From NCBI RefSeq assembly GCF_964355755.1, contig NC_092673.1, positions 19,651,648 through 19,715,647 on the forward strand: a stretch of DNA of 64,000 bases, read 5' to 3'. The stretch is from Antedon mediterranea. Its lineage: Eukaryota > Animalia > Echinodermata. The number at the start of each line of letters is the position of its first letter. Position 1 is the stretch's first letter. Of the stretch, positions 37,505 to 51,318 are shown one piece after another. Under the pieces are notes generated by a model that ran no database searches, was not told where the DNA came from, and saw only the letters and a program-made list of their open reading frames with translations. Made by a program: the position numbers and the translations under genes.

Positions 37505-39620
37505 CTCCTTCATGTTTATATCTAAGATTTCGAGAAAGTTTACAATTTCGATTTTCGCCGTACTGATAGTACTATAGCCTAAGACCTCGTCCTTCAGCTT
37601 TATCAGGAAATCGAGGATGTGACCGGTTTTTAGCTGTTGCCATGTGATTCCTCTGATTTCACAAAAGTCTATAAATTTGGTTAGCTGTGAGTTATATTGC
37701 TTCCACGTTGACCGTCTCCAGGATTGCAGAATGACGTCTGCTGCAGTATTGCTTATTCCTTTGTTGTAGCGTTCCGCCCTGATAGCCTGCAGGCAAAAAG
37801 GTTAAGTCTGTTATAAAGGGGATGACAATCATCTGAACCATGTAATGTTAAGGCATGTTTGGTATTCTTAAACCTCAGTGGTTCCCCAACCATCATTGAT
37901 TGTAATTTAGGATACCAATACTGTGTTGGCCAGTTTGGGACCACCATGATAACTATGGCATTATCTGTCAATATTTTTTGCAAACATCTGCCTATAAGGC
38001 AGAATGGCGGAAAAGCATAGAGCTTGGCAAAGGACCAATTTGTAGAAATGCATCGATACCAATTGAATCTGGGTCCGGTTTCCATGATGTATATTTCGGG
38101 AGCTGTGCATTGTGCATTGTGCCTAGAAGCGAATAGGTCTATATCCAGTTCGCCGAATGTTTTAGTGATTTTTATAAACAATTCTTTGTTAAGCATCCAT
38201 TCTGTCTCATCTTTAAACTGACGAGACTTTGCGTCAGCTATTATATTATCTCTACCTGGGAGGTATTCTGCACTTATACAAAATTTGTTCTCAATGCACC
38301 AAGACCAGATGGCTTTTGACATTTTATTGCACGCAATTGATTTTGCGCCAACCATGTTGTTTATGTAAGCTACTGCCGTGGTATTATCAACCTTCAACCC
38401 CCCTTCAACCTTATGTGCTTAGCTTTTCTCTCACAGGACAATGCTTTAAGGCCGAAGAAAGCAGCCAGCAATTCTAAGTAATTAATATTTAGTGCCCCTG
38501 TAGCATATGCAATGTCTAGGTCTTTGTTTATCCACCTTCCCCCAGTGTGGGTATGTCCATCAGTGGCACCCCAGCCTAGACCACTAGCGTCTGTCTCAAT
38601 TGTTAGGTCGTGGTACCCATGATATATCAATTTATATGCGTCTTTGACATTATTTTGCCACCAAAGAATATCTTCCTGTCCATTGACGGAAATACTAATA
38701 GGCCTATCGTAATGGCCTTTATTTAGTTTAAGAGCTAGTATTTTCTCCTTCTCTAGTGCCCTATAATGAAGCTTTCCATACTCTACAGCAGGTAGTGTTG
38801 CTATAATTTTGCCTAAAAATTGCGCAACTTTCCTTTTTTTTTTCGATACGAGGCCTTTATTATTCAATTTTTTTAAGAAAAAGCACACATACCATAAAAA
38901 ATATCCATGTATTTAATTTTTGGAATATAATATTCCGTGAGGCTCAACTACAAAACCACCATTGTGTGATATGATGTCATCGTTAGCCAATCAAAGCTGA
39001 GCTTTCCCGTGATTATCGGCATTGGTCACGGTTGAATGATTTTGGATTCTGGCTGATTTGATTTGATTGGTGGATGCGAATCACCCACAGCGGAAAAAAA
39101 CAAAAACAAAAACAAAACCCGGAGGAAGGGGGCCTTTGACCTTACTATTACTATTATTAGTGGCTGGCCGCTCAGGATTTTCATCCTTCTTGGATAGTTG
39201 TGTACCTGATACTTCTCCCTCCTCCAGGTCAGACACATCATGTTCGTACTGATGATGCCTATCGTAAATGTTACTCGTGAGGCTAACCACCGAGCTACTG
39301 TCATCATATTCATTGTGACAACATTTGTGTCATCAACTGAGATAAAAGGTTGTGCGTTGACTCATTTATTTGTTGAGCAGCCTTCGTCTCTTCAACCGCT
39401 CAAGGTTTTCAACCCTAGCCTCATATAGTTTAGGCCTACTCCGACCTGTTGATTAAGCTGCAGCACGCTAGTACATGATGGCCCGGCGATAGCAACGGCA
39501 TCGCTATTGCTATGCGTATTACCTTCTTTAGGAGGCCTAGTAATAGTACAGCTAGACCCAGCCTTTCTGGCCTTTTTTGGTGGGCTTAGCCACCGTATGC
39601 TGTACAAGTGGAGTTGTAGC
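37505..39620 (-). mobile_element. Degraded DIRS (tyrosine-recombinase) retrotransposon
   Basis: RT/RNase H (TDASGLGWGA, INYLELLA, DNTTAVAYIN), methyltransferase-like domain (DLFASRHN, YAFPPF), and an overlapping YR N-terminus (ILQSWRRSTWKQY). Possible gag remnant at 39190-39620. Frameshifted and partly deleted. Confidence 0.85.
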
Positions 39621-40073
39621 AAAGATTATATAGCGCCGCTACGCGGCGCAAGATAGGTAACTGTTGCCAAGCTCCTATCTTATAACACTACGCGCCCAGT
39701 AAATCCATGGACGCCATTCGGGCGGACAGGTTATTATTGTGATTTAAATGTAAATGGTTTAAATTTTGCGGTCCGCCTCGAAGTAGCTGTGGTTAACCAT
39801 CTTTATGATTGATTCATGGAAAAGGGAAGAAATTATGTAAACAAAGTAAAATAAAAGTTTCTTTGGGATCTGGACACTTTCCGATTAATTTTTTGTGTTT
39901 ACATTGATATGTTTGGTTAGAGAACTTCGTTCTTTAACCGAAACATCGTGGATATTGCCTTGACAACGACTTTATTCCGGTTCAAACTTGTCCGCCGGAA
40001 TGGCGTCCATGGATTACAAAGGTCTCACCCAGTTACCTATCTTGCGCCGCGTAGCGGCGCTATACAATCTTTG
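39620..40073. mobile_element. MITE with TIRs of about 110 bp (P-element-like CAAAG...CTTTG ends)
   Basis: caaagattatatagcgccgctacgcggcgcaagataggtaactg is inverted at about 40030-40073. The flanks GTTGTAG and GTTGTAT are a possible 7-bp TSD. Confidence 0.7.
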
Positions 40074-41157
40074 GTTGTATGTAGCTGCAAATGTTACATT
40101 TCCAGCAGAAATCTCCAACACATCTTCGTGTATTGCAAGTGATTTTTGTTCCATGATCGTTCGGCGGGTGCACGCCGTCTCCAAACGATGGCGCCGATAT
40201 GAGGGTGCGCGTGCGCGTCAAGATCTCAGTTTACAGCGATCGTATATGAAATAAAATAATGATATAGGCCTAGGCCTACATTCAAAAATTTATAAATTTT
40301 ATAAAATTCATATTAATTTCTCATTTTTGGAGGAATCTTCCCACATTTTTTTATGTTTTTTACTTGCTGTATCCCAACACTTGCATGTTTTGTTCATAAA
40401 TAAAATTAACAGTTGACAGAATATAAAGTGGATGTGTAAACAATACGCACCTCGTGAAAAGTGCAGGTAATTGTTTATTTGTTGAGTTTGTACGTTACAT
40501 CCTTATTGTGTCGCAATACTGGAGACCATTAACTGATATACATAGATTTTAAAAGTGGAATCCATGGGTTTTGATCAGTAAAAACACATACGAAGATGAA
40601 CCAGCTGAAGTAGTCGAAATGTGCAGCTCATCCGACATGAAAATGACATTGTTAATGATACCTTAATAACAATACATTGCCCATGTATTTTGGTCACTGC
40701 ACCGCTTTTGCACAATTCAAAGTTACGAAAAGAATTCCTTGCTCAAATTGTAAATGATATTGCTGTGTTTTTTAATGAAGTTAAACAGCCTAAATAAATT
40801 GCACAAGAAAATCTGTTACACAACCTAATAAGGAACATACATGAAATCCCTATAATCGCACAGCCAACCACTTTACTTTCCAAACATGGTAAATGCTCCT
40901 CAACAAGAGGAGTTGTTTGTGATTTGTATGCAAGTCCTGGGTGGGCTATTGCACCATTGGAGACCTTAAAATCTAAAACTTTGGCATTTCTACTATACTA
41001 GTGGTACAGTAACTCACTGCCAGACTTTAGTAATCTACAGTAAGTTCTGCAGACACTGGGCAACGGCAAAGTTTGTATCGTGAAACATTTGAAGTGCCAC
41101 AGGGTGCCTTGAGGGACTGAAAATATTGGAATCAGTAATTTAAACCAGGCCGTTTTA

Positions 41158-43083
41158 TTGGGTGTTTATATTAGTTACAAGGCAGTTGAAGAAGTCCCGA
41201 AGAAAACAAGAAACCAAAATGCTCATCCCTGGGATGGTGATGAAAGACTACAACAGCTTATAAAAGAAAGAAAGAATATTAACAAAAGCATAGTTACCTA
41301 CAAAGAAGAGGAGATCAAGGCTATGCAGAAAGCAATTAAGATAAGAGTGAAGGAACTACGGAATGAATATTTGTATGAAGAAGCAAGCAAGTTAAATGAA
41401 GCCCACCAAAATAGAAAAATATTTGATTTATGGAGAAAAGCTAAGGAGCACGGTGATGTTATAAGAAAAGCACCAAAGCCTATAAAATGTCCTGGATTAC
41501 GTGAACACTTTAAAGATCACTTTAATCCAGACCAATCTAGCCTTAAAATCCCAGATGAAATTAGCACACCTCCAGAATATATTATCAACCTGAGACAACC
41601 AGAATTTGAGATGGACAATGAACCTCCGTCCAAGAAAGAAATTATTGATGCAATCGGACATCTAAAAGGTCGCAAAGCTACCCTAGATGTCGCTTCTGAA
41701 ATGTTGCAAGTCGCCACAGAGAACCCAGTATTCGTCGACCATGTACATAGACTGTTTGAGGAAATTTGGAGAACGAAAGAAGTACCAAGTGATTGGGGAC
41801 TGTCCAAATTAACAACCATTTGGAAAAAAAAAGGCAGTCCACTTGATCCATCAATGTATAGAGGAATATCAATTGGGTCTACATTTTCAAAGATACTTAT
41901 GGTTATCATTCTTTCACGTTTTTCCATCTTTTATGAAAGTCAACTTCTACGCACACAGTTTGGATTCAGGTCCAACAGAGGGTGCAATGATGCTATATAT
42001 GTAATCAAGCAGATCCAGGAAATTGCGTATCGCTCAAATCGCAAACTCTATACATGCTTCATTGATTTAACAGCAGCATTCGACCATGTGAATCGTAATC
42101 TTCTTTTCCTAAGCGTTCGTAATAGGTTTCACTTAAACCAGTCTACTACTATGATTGACATTATACAATCACTGTACAGCTCAACGAAAGCATACCTTGC
42201 TGACGACGATCCGAGTGATGATAAGTTCGAAACATCTTCTGGGGTGCGACAGGGTGGTATTGAGAGTACCAGCATGTTTAACCAATATTTTGATTACGTT
42301 ATTAGAGTGTTCAAACAACGCTGTAAAGATGCTAGTTTGGATGGCCTAATGATACAATACCTAATTCCTATTGAAGCTACAAATCGTGCTCAAAGATGTA
42401 AAGCACCATCAAGGGGCATCTATGACGACTTTGAAAGTGGCTATGCTGACGACTTTGCTGTAAGCTCCTGGTCACAAGAAGAACTGCAAACCATTGTGAA
42501 CATCTTGAATAAAGTTTGTCTGGAATTTGGTCTAAGAATTAGTGCCCCCAAAACAGAAACCATTATATGGAACTGGAAAGAGGAAGTTGAAGAATACCCA
42601 AGATGCATCATACAAATTGGCGGCGTACACATTAACAACGTAACACACTTTAGATACCTTGGTGTATGGGCTACCTACAATGATGTTCATATTGGAGATC
42701 AAGAAGTAAAATACAGAATCAATTCAGCCAAAGGAGCATTTGCAGAGAATAGGGCATTGCTTACCAACAGAACGATCCACCTACAAACAAGAATAATGTT
42801 TCTTAATGGTCTAGTTAGGAGTAGACTCACCTATGGTTGCCATGCTTGGAGGGCAACAGGAAGTGAAATGTCCAAACTTAGCACAACATACAAAACCTTC
42901 CTAAGAAGAATGCTAGTGAATGGCTTTCAAAGAGTCTGCCCACCAAACCATGTAGACATATCCTCAGATGAAGAAACAGATGAAAACTATATAGACTGGC
43001 GTTACGTAATTGATAATGACGATCTCTACAAAATTACTGGCTGTCAAGCAATTTCTGTAATTATTTTATACACATCTGTCTAA
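41158..43083 (+). mobile_element. Non-LTR (RTE-like) retrotransposon RT ORF, truncated at both ends
   Basis: 641-aa open frame with YRGISIGS, QFGFR, FIDLTAAFD, GVRQG, YADD and FRYLG. No endonuclease domain is visible. Confidence 0.9.
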
Positions 43084-43677
43084 TGAGTGTTCTTTTTGAA
43101 TTACTTATCCTAATTTAGTAATGTTAACTTCAGATATTTGGGTAGTCTAGGTTATTAGTAAAAAGATAACTGGTATGGTAGTAGATCGGAATGCCTGATA
43201 ATTATAAAACGTATACACACTGGCTTCTATTGTACTGACTCACGCGAAGGCAGCAATTGTCAGGTTTTTATTCAATCAATGACAATCAGTAATTTGCATA
43301 CATATTTACATGTGTGACTAATCACTACAATTGCCACAATGGCGTTTCATACATATAAAGGCACAAAATCAAAACGCTGACTGGTGGACTAACATTTAAA
43401 AAAAGAGAATAACTACAGACTTGGGGAAAGTTTAATATTTGGGCAACTAATCTTTGTTATATGGATATGTTGTAATAAAATGGTATTAGTATAAAGTTAT
43501 TCAAAGTTCATCCTATTTATTATCACTTTGGTATGTACAATTGACTGATTGACAAAGTTTATTATCACTGTGCATAAATATAACCAAAAAAAAATAAAAT
43601 TAATAATTAATAATAATGTAATAAACTGCTGTGTTCTAGTTATTATCTGTGTACAACATTGTATATATAATGCATGC

Positions 43678-43780
43678 ATGTTTATTCAAGAAAATAAATA
43701 CCACAGGGCGTTTATTCAAGAAAATAAATACCACAGGGCATTTATTCAAGAAAATAAATACCACAGGGCATTTATTCAAA
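43678..43780. repeat. 30-bp tandem repeat, about 3 copies
   Basis: tttattcaagaaaataaataccacagggca. Confidence 0.9.
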
Positions 43781-43807
43781 ATGATGTTCTATTATACTGT
43801 ATGTTTA

Positions 43808-44143
43808 TGAAGACGGTGTATTTTTAAAATGGAGAGGTATGGTTTTTCAAATTTATTTAAATTACGAATAAATTAACTTTCAATTATTTGTTGATATTTA
43901 TTTTGCTTTTTTAAATTTCATTTTTATGTCGCTTTTAACAAAGTGTAAAAAAAAATATGTATATATCAAAAGACCATAGAGATGTATTGTCCCCCAAAAA
44001 CATGACAAAATGAAGATTATATATGACTGTCATGAACACTGACATCATCTGGCATTGATTTGGTCATCTCACTTTCTAGATCTTAAGAGATCTTAAGTTG
44101 ACTTTTTGAAAGTGTAAAGTTAAGTTGACTTAGGCTGTGTTTA
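43808..44143 (+). repeat. About 335-bp duplicate of 45395-45729 containing the gene 2 start codon and donor
   Basis: Near-identical sequence from atgaagacggtgtatttttaaaatggagag|gtatgg to ctgtgttta. Confidence 0.9.
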
Positions 44144-44177
44144 AAGCATGGCATATATTGGAATAAATAAATTAGTC

Positions 44178-44512
44178 AGTTTTCTGTATAAATGCACTTA
44201 TTATATTGAACTTGTTATAAATGGTCACATCAGTGTCACATTATCAATTTCATATCTCATAAATTTTTACTAATTGGATTCATTAGTCATTGCATTATCT
44301 TTATTATCTTTGTTGAACATTGAAATACAATGCTTAAATTAAATCTCTAAGATTATCTGATAACAAATTGTGTAACAGGAACTAAAAATAATTATTTTAT
44401 TAATTTCCTGATACACAAATAATTGTTTTATTAGTTAATGTTGATAATGTGACACTAATGTGACCATTTATAATGATAACAAGTTCATATAAGTGCATTT
44501 ATGCAGAAAACT
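44178..44512. mobile_element. MITE-like inverted repeat
   Basis: agttttctgtataaatgcactta...aaatggtcacatcagtgtcacattatcaa is inverted at about 44440-44512. Confidence 0.6.
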
Positions 44513-45416
44513 ATCTGATACATTTGAATAATGAGGGTTTGTTGAAGTAAACTGACAGATACGGCGATATAATATAATTTTGTATTTAAACAGAAGATAA
44601 AGTAAATATCACCTGATTGTTTTACAACAGGAATAAGACTATAAATGTTTGGTGTGGTGTTTTGATGTAGTACTGCAATATCAGACTGCTAGACCAGTGG
44701 ATGGAAGAATCTTGAAATTCATAGCCGACAATTGTAATTTTTTGGTTACCAACAACTTTTTATAAATTCATTTGTGTGAGTTATATATTTTTTTAAATTT
44801 CAGTAGATCCACCTGATTCCCAGTGCTGTATCTCCACATACTATCTATTTCCGAAGTATCATAGGAATATTTGGTAATACAGCATCACATGTGGTGCCTG
44901 TATCGTGTAAGGACGTTAAGGGTTAGGTTACTCTAGATACATGTGAAACACATGTGATGTTGTATTACAAAATATTCCTGATACTTCGGAAATCGATACA
45001 GATACAGTACCGAGAATCGGCTTGTAGATTAGTGAGGTTAATTCTTGTTACAACTATACATTATTTGGGCTGCTTTGTGAAATGCGTATTAGACTCAATA
45101 CTCCAATATGCCTCTTCAAAGTTAGCTTGGATATCGCTCCTACTAGATGTATGTTGATATAATGTATTAATCCTCAACAAGTAAACAAAAGCTGTTGGGT
45201 GATAATGTGTTTGTGTATGTCATGATCTACTGTATAAACACTTTTACAATAGGCCTACGCAGTTTGTTAAAATATACTGTTTAAATCTAAATGCCCTGAA
45301 ATAATTATTTCAGACAGATATTTTAACAATAACAGGAGAGATTTAATGTTTACCATTTTTATTTTAAGAGAGGCATAATTGACTTGATTAGTAAATGAAG
45401 ACGGTGTATTTTTAAA

Positions 45417-48400
45417 ATGGAGAGGTATGGTTTTTCAAATTTATTTAAATTACGAATAAATTAACTTTCAATTATTTGTTGATATTTATTTTGCTTTTTT
45501 AAATTTCATTTTTATGTCGCTTTTAACAAAGTGTCAGAAAAAATATGTATATATCAAAAGACCATAGAGATGTATTGTCCCCCAAAAACATGACAAAATG
45601 AAGATTATATGACTGTCATGAACACTGACATCATCTGGCATTGATTTGGTCATCTCACTTTCTAGATCTTAAGAGATCTTAAGTTGACTTTTTGAAAGTG
45701 TAAAGTTAAGTTGACTTAGACTGTGTTTATACAACACCCTAAATTTGAACACGTCTTTAATTTTTAGTGTGTTGCACGGGCCGAGGTCAACCCCACAAAA
45801 ACCTTGCAGTTATACATTAAATAGTAATAATGTGTAATACCGTAGTTCATAATCCTAAAGTTGGATGTATACTCGCATGCATTATGAATTAATATGAGTT
45901 TTTTAAAGGATTTTTATAAAGAATGATTTCGTTTAAAATTTAGTTTATTCAGTTATTGAGTTTTTAAATCTGCTTTTGAAATTATGGACCAAAATGTTTT
46001 AGAATTAGGATAAAACTATGCTACATTTTGCCAAATTATGCCAACATTTGATTAGCGTTAATGTTAAGTGCAAAGGCAAAATTATCTACTAGATTTGGTC
46101 AACATTTTCAAAACATATACTTTTTCTTAACGAGAGGTCAAAACAATACCCTGAGGACACTTCCAACACGCCAACAGCAACCGGGAATCCACAACATTTT
46201 AGGATTCAGCCAGGTAACCTTTTTAGTCGCGTGGAAGCGACTCTATAGTTCACTATGTCGGTCTGTTGGTCTGTCTGTCGGTCCGGTATCACTATGCATT
46301 TTATCGCTTTCTGACCTTATCTTGATATCAGTTTAATCTAGCTAAGTAAATTTTTCACAGTATATTCCTTATGGCCAGGAATCGATGTGGTTATGTTTTC
46401 ACGGTGCGCAATAAAAATTTACGCGGTCTACGCACGATTTAACGAAATCACGTTTGTAATCATATCTTCACAACCATGAATCACAATTAAATAAAATTTG
46501 GTACTCATAAATTTCAGGGCATAAATCATCATATGGCAATACAATTACGTGCGTAGCGCATGTAACGCATGCGTACGCACGCTTAAAATTTTCAAAATTT
46601 TTTTTTGCGCGCGCACTGCACGTTAAATCTTATTGCGCACACTTTTTGTCCGATTTCTGTTTTCTTGACTTACTTTTCAACTCGAAATTACGTTATACGA
46701 GCACGTCAAAAGTGACAGGCTACGCACGTGTAAATTAAAAAAATATAACTGTTTTTAAACATTTCAACATTTTTAAACATGTTCAGTCGGTCGGTCGGTA
46801 AACACTAGGCACGCGACTGCAGCCATCCATATGGCCTTGTTTGCAATTAAAATCTCATTACCCGGAATCTCTTCGATGTTATACAACACACTTCTCGTAG
46901 GCGTGTTGAATATGCGTGTAATAGCGTGTTGTATAAACGCGCCTTTACAGTAAAGGGCAATTTGTATATTATTTCAATATAGAAATAGGTAATTCCAAAC
47001 CTTTTAGGATAATATTGAAGTTTATAATTTTCATTTTGACAGGAACAATTTAGAACAAGCTTTGGTCAGGAATGATTTGGAAACAGTTGAACGACTTTGT
47101 AGGACGCAACCAGATCTTGTGAAAACTATCGATGAGGTATAACTAAATATAATCAGACTTTGAATAGGCCTTGGCAGTTTTAATAAGTTATTCACTTCCA
47201 TAGAAAAAAAAAATATTTTTCTTTTACTAAAAACCATTGTCTGATGGACAACTTGACGATTTGTTGCTTAAATTACAGTTTTAATTTTTGTTATGATCCA
47301 ATTTTGGTCAAAGTGATTTGAACATTGTTTTAAATACAATTTTATGAAATTCACATTTTTGCTATTACTACTTGCCTTAATAATAGGCTTTTTCATTTTC
47401 CCTCTTGCCTTTTCTATATCAAAAAATTTGTATTTAAAGATGTATTGTCCCCCTGAAAAAAATTATTATTAAAACTTTTTTGTTGAATATGTCATTTTAA
47501 TGTCACATAATAGTTATCCACTTTGACCAAAAATTAGATTAAAAAAATATATATTTACCTGAAATAACTGTAATTTAAAGCAAAAAATAGTCAAATTGGT
47601 GGCCAGCCAATTGATTTTTGGTTGAATTTTTAACCATTTATTTTGTCATTTTATATAATTTTTTTTTTCTACGGAAGTACAAAATAACCTATTCAAGTCT
47701 GATCTAATTAATCTTCATTTTTCATGTTTTCATGTTTCTAAACTTTACTTAAAATGACCTCAGTGATAACAACAGTTTCCCCCATTTATCAATAAAGATG
47801 ACAATTAAGATCATTTACTACAGTACAGTACATTATTTAGTAATTGTTGTATTGACAGAAATCCAATTTCACACAATGTCTGTTTATGATTATGATTCCT
47901 TTACAGAATGGAAACACTCCACTGTATGTATATTTTTGTGATGATCTAATTAACCCTACTTTAGCAATCGTAAATTGTCTCTTAAATCATGGTGCATCAG
48001 CAACATTGCAAAATAAGGTAATTTACAGAGATTTTCGTGAACCATTCTATTTTTTATTTCAATAATGACGATTAGAATTAGAATTGTTTACTAAATTACT
48101 GTATTTAGCAGTAATTGTTACTATATTGACAGAATAATCTGTTGTCAGTATTATTTATAAACTTCATGATTATGATTCCTTTACAGGATGGAAACACTCC
48201 ACTGCATGTATATCTGAGTGATGATAGACAAATACAACCTACTTTAGAAATAGTGACATCCGTTGTTGCATCAGCAAAATTACAAAATAAGGCAATTTAT
48301 TTACTTTGAATAATGACAAGATTATTTGTTACATTGTTTAGCTGTAATGGTTGCAATAATTTCCATTGACAGAAAACCAATTTCACATTATATTATAGTA

Positions 48401-51318
48401 TTTATAAACCTCATATATTATGATTCCTTTATAGGATGAGGACACTCCATTACATGTATATCTGAGTGATGGATTTAATCATACCTTAGAAATAGTGACT
48501 TGTCTTGTACAGCAATGTACATCAGCAACCATGCACAATAAGGTAATGTACAGAGATTTAGATCTGTTGTGGTAAACCAGTCTATTGTTTAAATAATGAC
48601 AATATTATTTACTAAATTACTTATCCAATAATTGTTGTATTTAAAGAGAAACAATTTCGTTCGCTTACCCTCTAGGAGTTCACAAAAACATGACCACGAC
48701 CCAGGAAATCAGAAACCCGGGTCAGACCTATGCATATTACATATGATTACTGAATTAGACATTTCATGAGGGGTACCCAACTTATGTACAAAAACCAAAA
48801 TATAGCGACCTGGGTAGTAAAGCTAGTTTTATTTTTTGGAAGTAACAGAGTTGAGATGGGTTACAGAAATGCTGTTTAGGACTGTTGTTATGACATCTTG
48901 ATGACGTCGTAAGAATGTTAAAATGCAGGTTTTTCTTGAGCATAGTAAAATTAGAGATATTACAGAAAGTATGATTAGGGAAACAGAAACTATAATATTT
49001 GGCAGTGTATGAGATTTGAGCCTGCTACTGAGAATAAGTACGATGAGACGCGAAATATCATTTATTATTAATTATATCTACTGACCACACAAATCATAAG
49101 AATATAATTTTAGAAGTTTTGCAAATTGATAATGTGTTACCTGCAACATAAAATAATAGACTTTATGGTACACAGGAAGGAAAGTCAATGCATCAATCAC
49201 TGAGTGGTTATGTTATGTGCAATTTGAATGACTTGCGCAATTTGAAATTGCTCAATGATTTCCTTAAGTATTTGATTATCAAAACGCATTTTACATATTA
49301 CAGATGTCTGTTATCAATATTTTAAAAGTCATGACTATGATTCATTTACAGGATGGAAACACTCCATTACATGTATATCTGAGTGGTAATTATGACCCTA
49401 CCTTAGAAATGGTGACATGTCTCCTAAATCAGGATGCATCAACAACATTGCAAAATAAGGTAATTTATAGGAAATTGTCAGTGTAATAGGCTAACAATCT
49501 ATATCTTCTACGGTAAACATTCTCTCCCTCCCCCCCCCCTCCCCACTCATTTTATCATAGGCCACAAGAAATTCTATTGTTTCTGATGTTATTCTATAAT
49601 TTCTTAATGTTATACAATGTTAATTTTATGGTTCACATCTCATCAAAAGTTCTCTAAAATGTGTGGCAATTTTGATACCTTTTATACCCCCTTTGCTCAT
49701 AGGGTGTACAATTTGTATATGTAATTCTCTGACACATATCTCTATGATTCATTGTACAAAATTAAATAAATTATTGAGGTGCCCATACACCATATTTGTA
49801 GTGGGCCCTTTTAAGCCTCAGTTGAATTAGACAATCAAAAATGGCAACTCCTGTGGCAGGCCATTGCTCAAATAAACTGGATATTTTGTGGAGAACATTT
49901 GATATAGTCCACAATATCAACTTTCAAAATGTTTACAGCTATTGCAAACAATTCACATAATGTCTGTTGTCATTATTTATAAACTTTATGATTATAATTC
50001 CTTTCCAGGATGGAAACACTCCATTACATGTATATCTGAGTGTTAGATATCACCCTACCTTAGAAATGGTGGCTTATCTGAAACAGCATGGTGCACCAGT
50101 AACATTGCAAAATAAGGTAATGTAAAAAGAATTGTCAGGACAATCAGCTGCGGAAACATTTTTTTTGTTTCGTTGTTTATCAATAATGGCAATTATTATT
50201 AGATTATTTAGATTTACATATGTGAACTTTATTCAATCAATCGTACATTTTTTTGGGTGTCTAGAAAACTCAGATCTCAGATACCTGAGTTTTCTAGATC
50301 TAGAAAACTCGGATATCTGACTTTTCTAGTTCCTTGAAAATGGAGTTTTCTAGACACCCCATTTTTTTGGTATTATAATGGTAAACATAATAAAGTGTAT
50401 TTACAGTGATTTTTACAAAAAAAAATATTAATTATAAAATATATATAGTGATTATTTACAGTAATGATAATAATAAGAATGAATTTAATTATATTGACTA
50501 TTATTTTTTTCGGTATTTATTTATAATGGTAACCATAATAACGTGTGTTTACAGTGATTTTTACTTTTAATAGAAATAGTAAATACTATTCTCGTCTAAA
50601 TTTAATATTTTGTCCAACGCAGCCAATGATGCTCTATCAACCAATCACTAGACAGTAAATTTATTTATTTATTTGTTCTTTCTTTAAACTGAAATACACT
50701 TTCAATACAAATGTACTGATTTCCAAAGTGGTTCAGTAAACATATTTACAACAAAAATAAAATATAAAAGAAAAACAAAAAGAAAGAAAACAGATATAAA
50801 ACTATTTACAATTGTGAAGGCAAAAAGGTTAATACATATATGTTTTCTATAGTGAAGATTTAAAAGTTGCCAAAGACATATTATGCAGTTCTGATTTTAT
50901 GTTATTTGGTAGAGAATTCCATAATTTAGTTGATCTATAAACAAAAGTTCTTTTACCCTGAGAGTTATTCCATAACGGAATAGATAAATCATTATTACTT
51001 TGGGAGCGAGTGCATTTATTATGGTTATCTACAGTAAATTGAAATAATATTGTTAAGTATCTTGGAGCTATTTCTTTTAAACATTTAAATAGCATTATAA
51101 GAATATTTTCATTCCATTTTTCTGTAAGTCTACTCCATCCAAGAGTATTTAAGATATCATAAATGTTTGAGCCATGATATGATACTGTATCAATTAAATA
51201 ATATTCTGATACTTATCTAAACTCATTTTTATAGGAAGGAAATACACCCATCTCTGTTTTGAAAAATAACAAGCAGATACAGGACCCAGAAAAAAATGAA
51301 ATTTTAAATTTTTTTTAA
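45417..51318 (+). CDS. Gene 2: ankyrin-only paralog of gene 1 (about 241 aa), or an expressed pseudogene
   Basis: Exons 45417-45424 (ATG GAG AG; duplicate copy at 43829-43836), 47043-47136, 47907-48017, 48187-48291 (GC donor), 48435-48542, 49352-49459, 50009-50116 and 51235-51318 (TAA). Introns are also homologous to gene 1. Confidence 0.75.
46220..46842 (+). mobile_element. HINE/Helentron-like element; a short inverted copy lies at 60216-60353
   Basis: 5' subTIR AGTCGCGT with a nearby inverted gcgact, a GTCT/GTCG microsatellite, and a 3' ACGCGACT plus stem-loop gccatccatatggc and cttgttt. Confidence 0.7.
47907..50116 (+). CDS. Gene 2 ankyrin exons B1-B5
   Basis: NGNTPLYVYFCDDLINPTLAIVNCLLNHGASATLQNK; DGNTPLHVYLSDDRQIQPTLEIVTSVVASAKLQNK; DEDTPLHVYLSDGFNHTLEIVTCLVQQCTSATMHNK; DGNTPLHVYLSGNYDPTLEMVTCLLNQDASTTLQNK; DGNTPLHVYLSVRYHPTLEMVAYLKQHGAPVTLQNK. 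All are phase 0-0. Confidence 0.85.
50661..51159 (-). mobile_element. L2-like LINE 3' fragment inserted in a gene 2 intron
   Basis: LFKCLKEIAPRYL...GKRTFVYRSTKLWNSLP and an (AATA)n tail, flanked by a TAAAT duplication. The empty site is visible in gene 1 at about 13660. Confidence 0.8.

Noticed and set aside
41158-43083. Bacterial retron, group II intron or DGR reverse transcriptase diversifying the ankyrin exons
   Set aside because: The motifs are those of a non-LTR retrotransposon RT, and the ankyrin differences are not adenine-specific template/variable-repeat changes.
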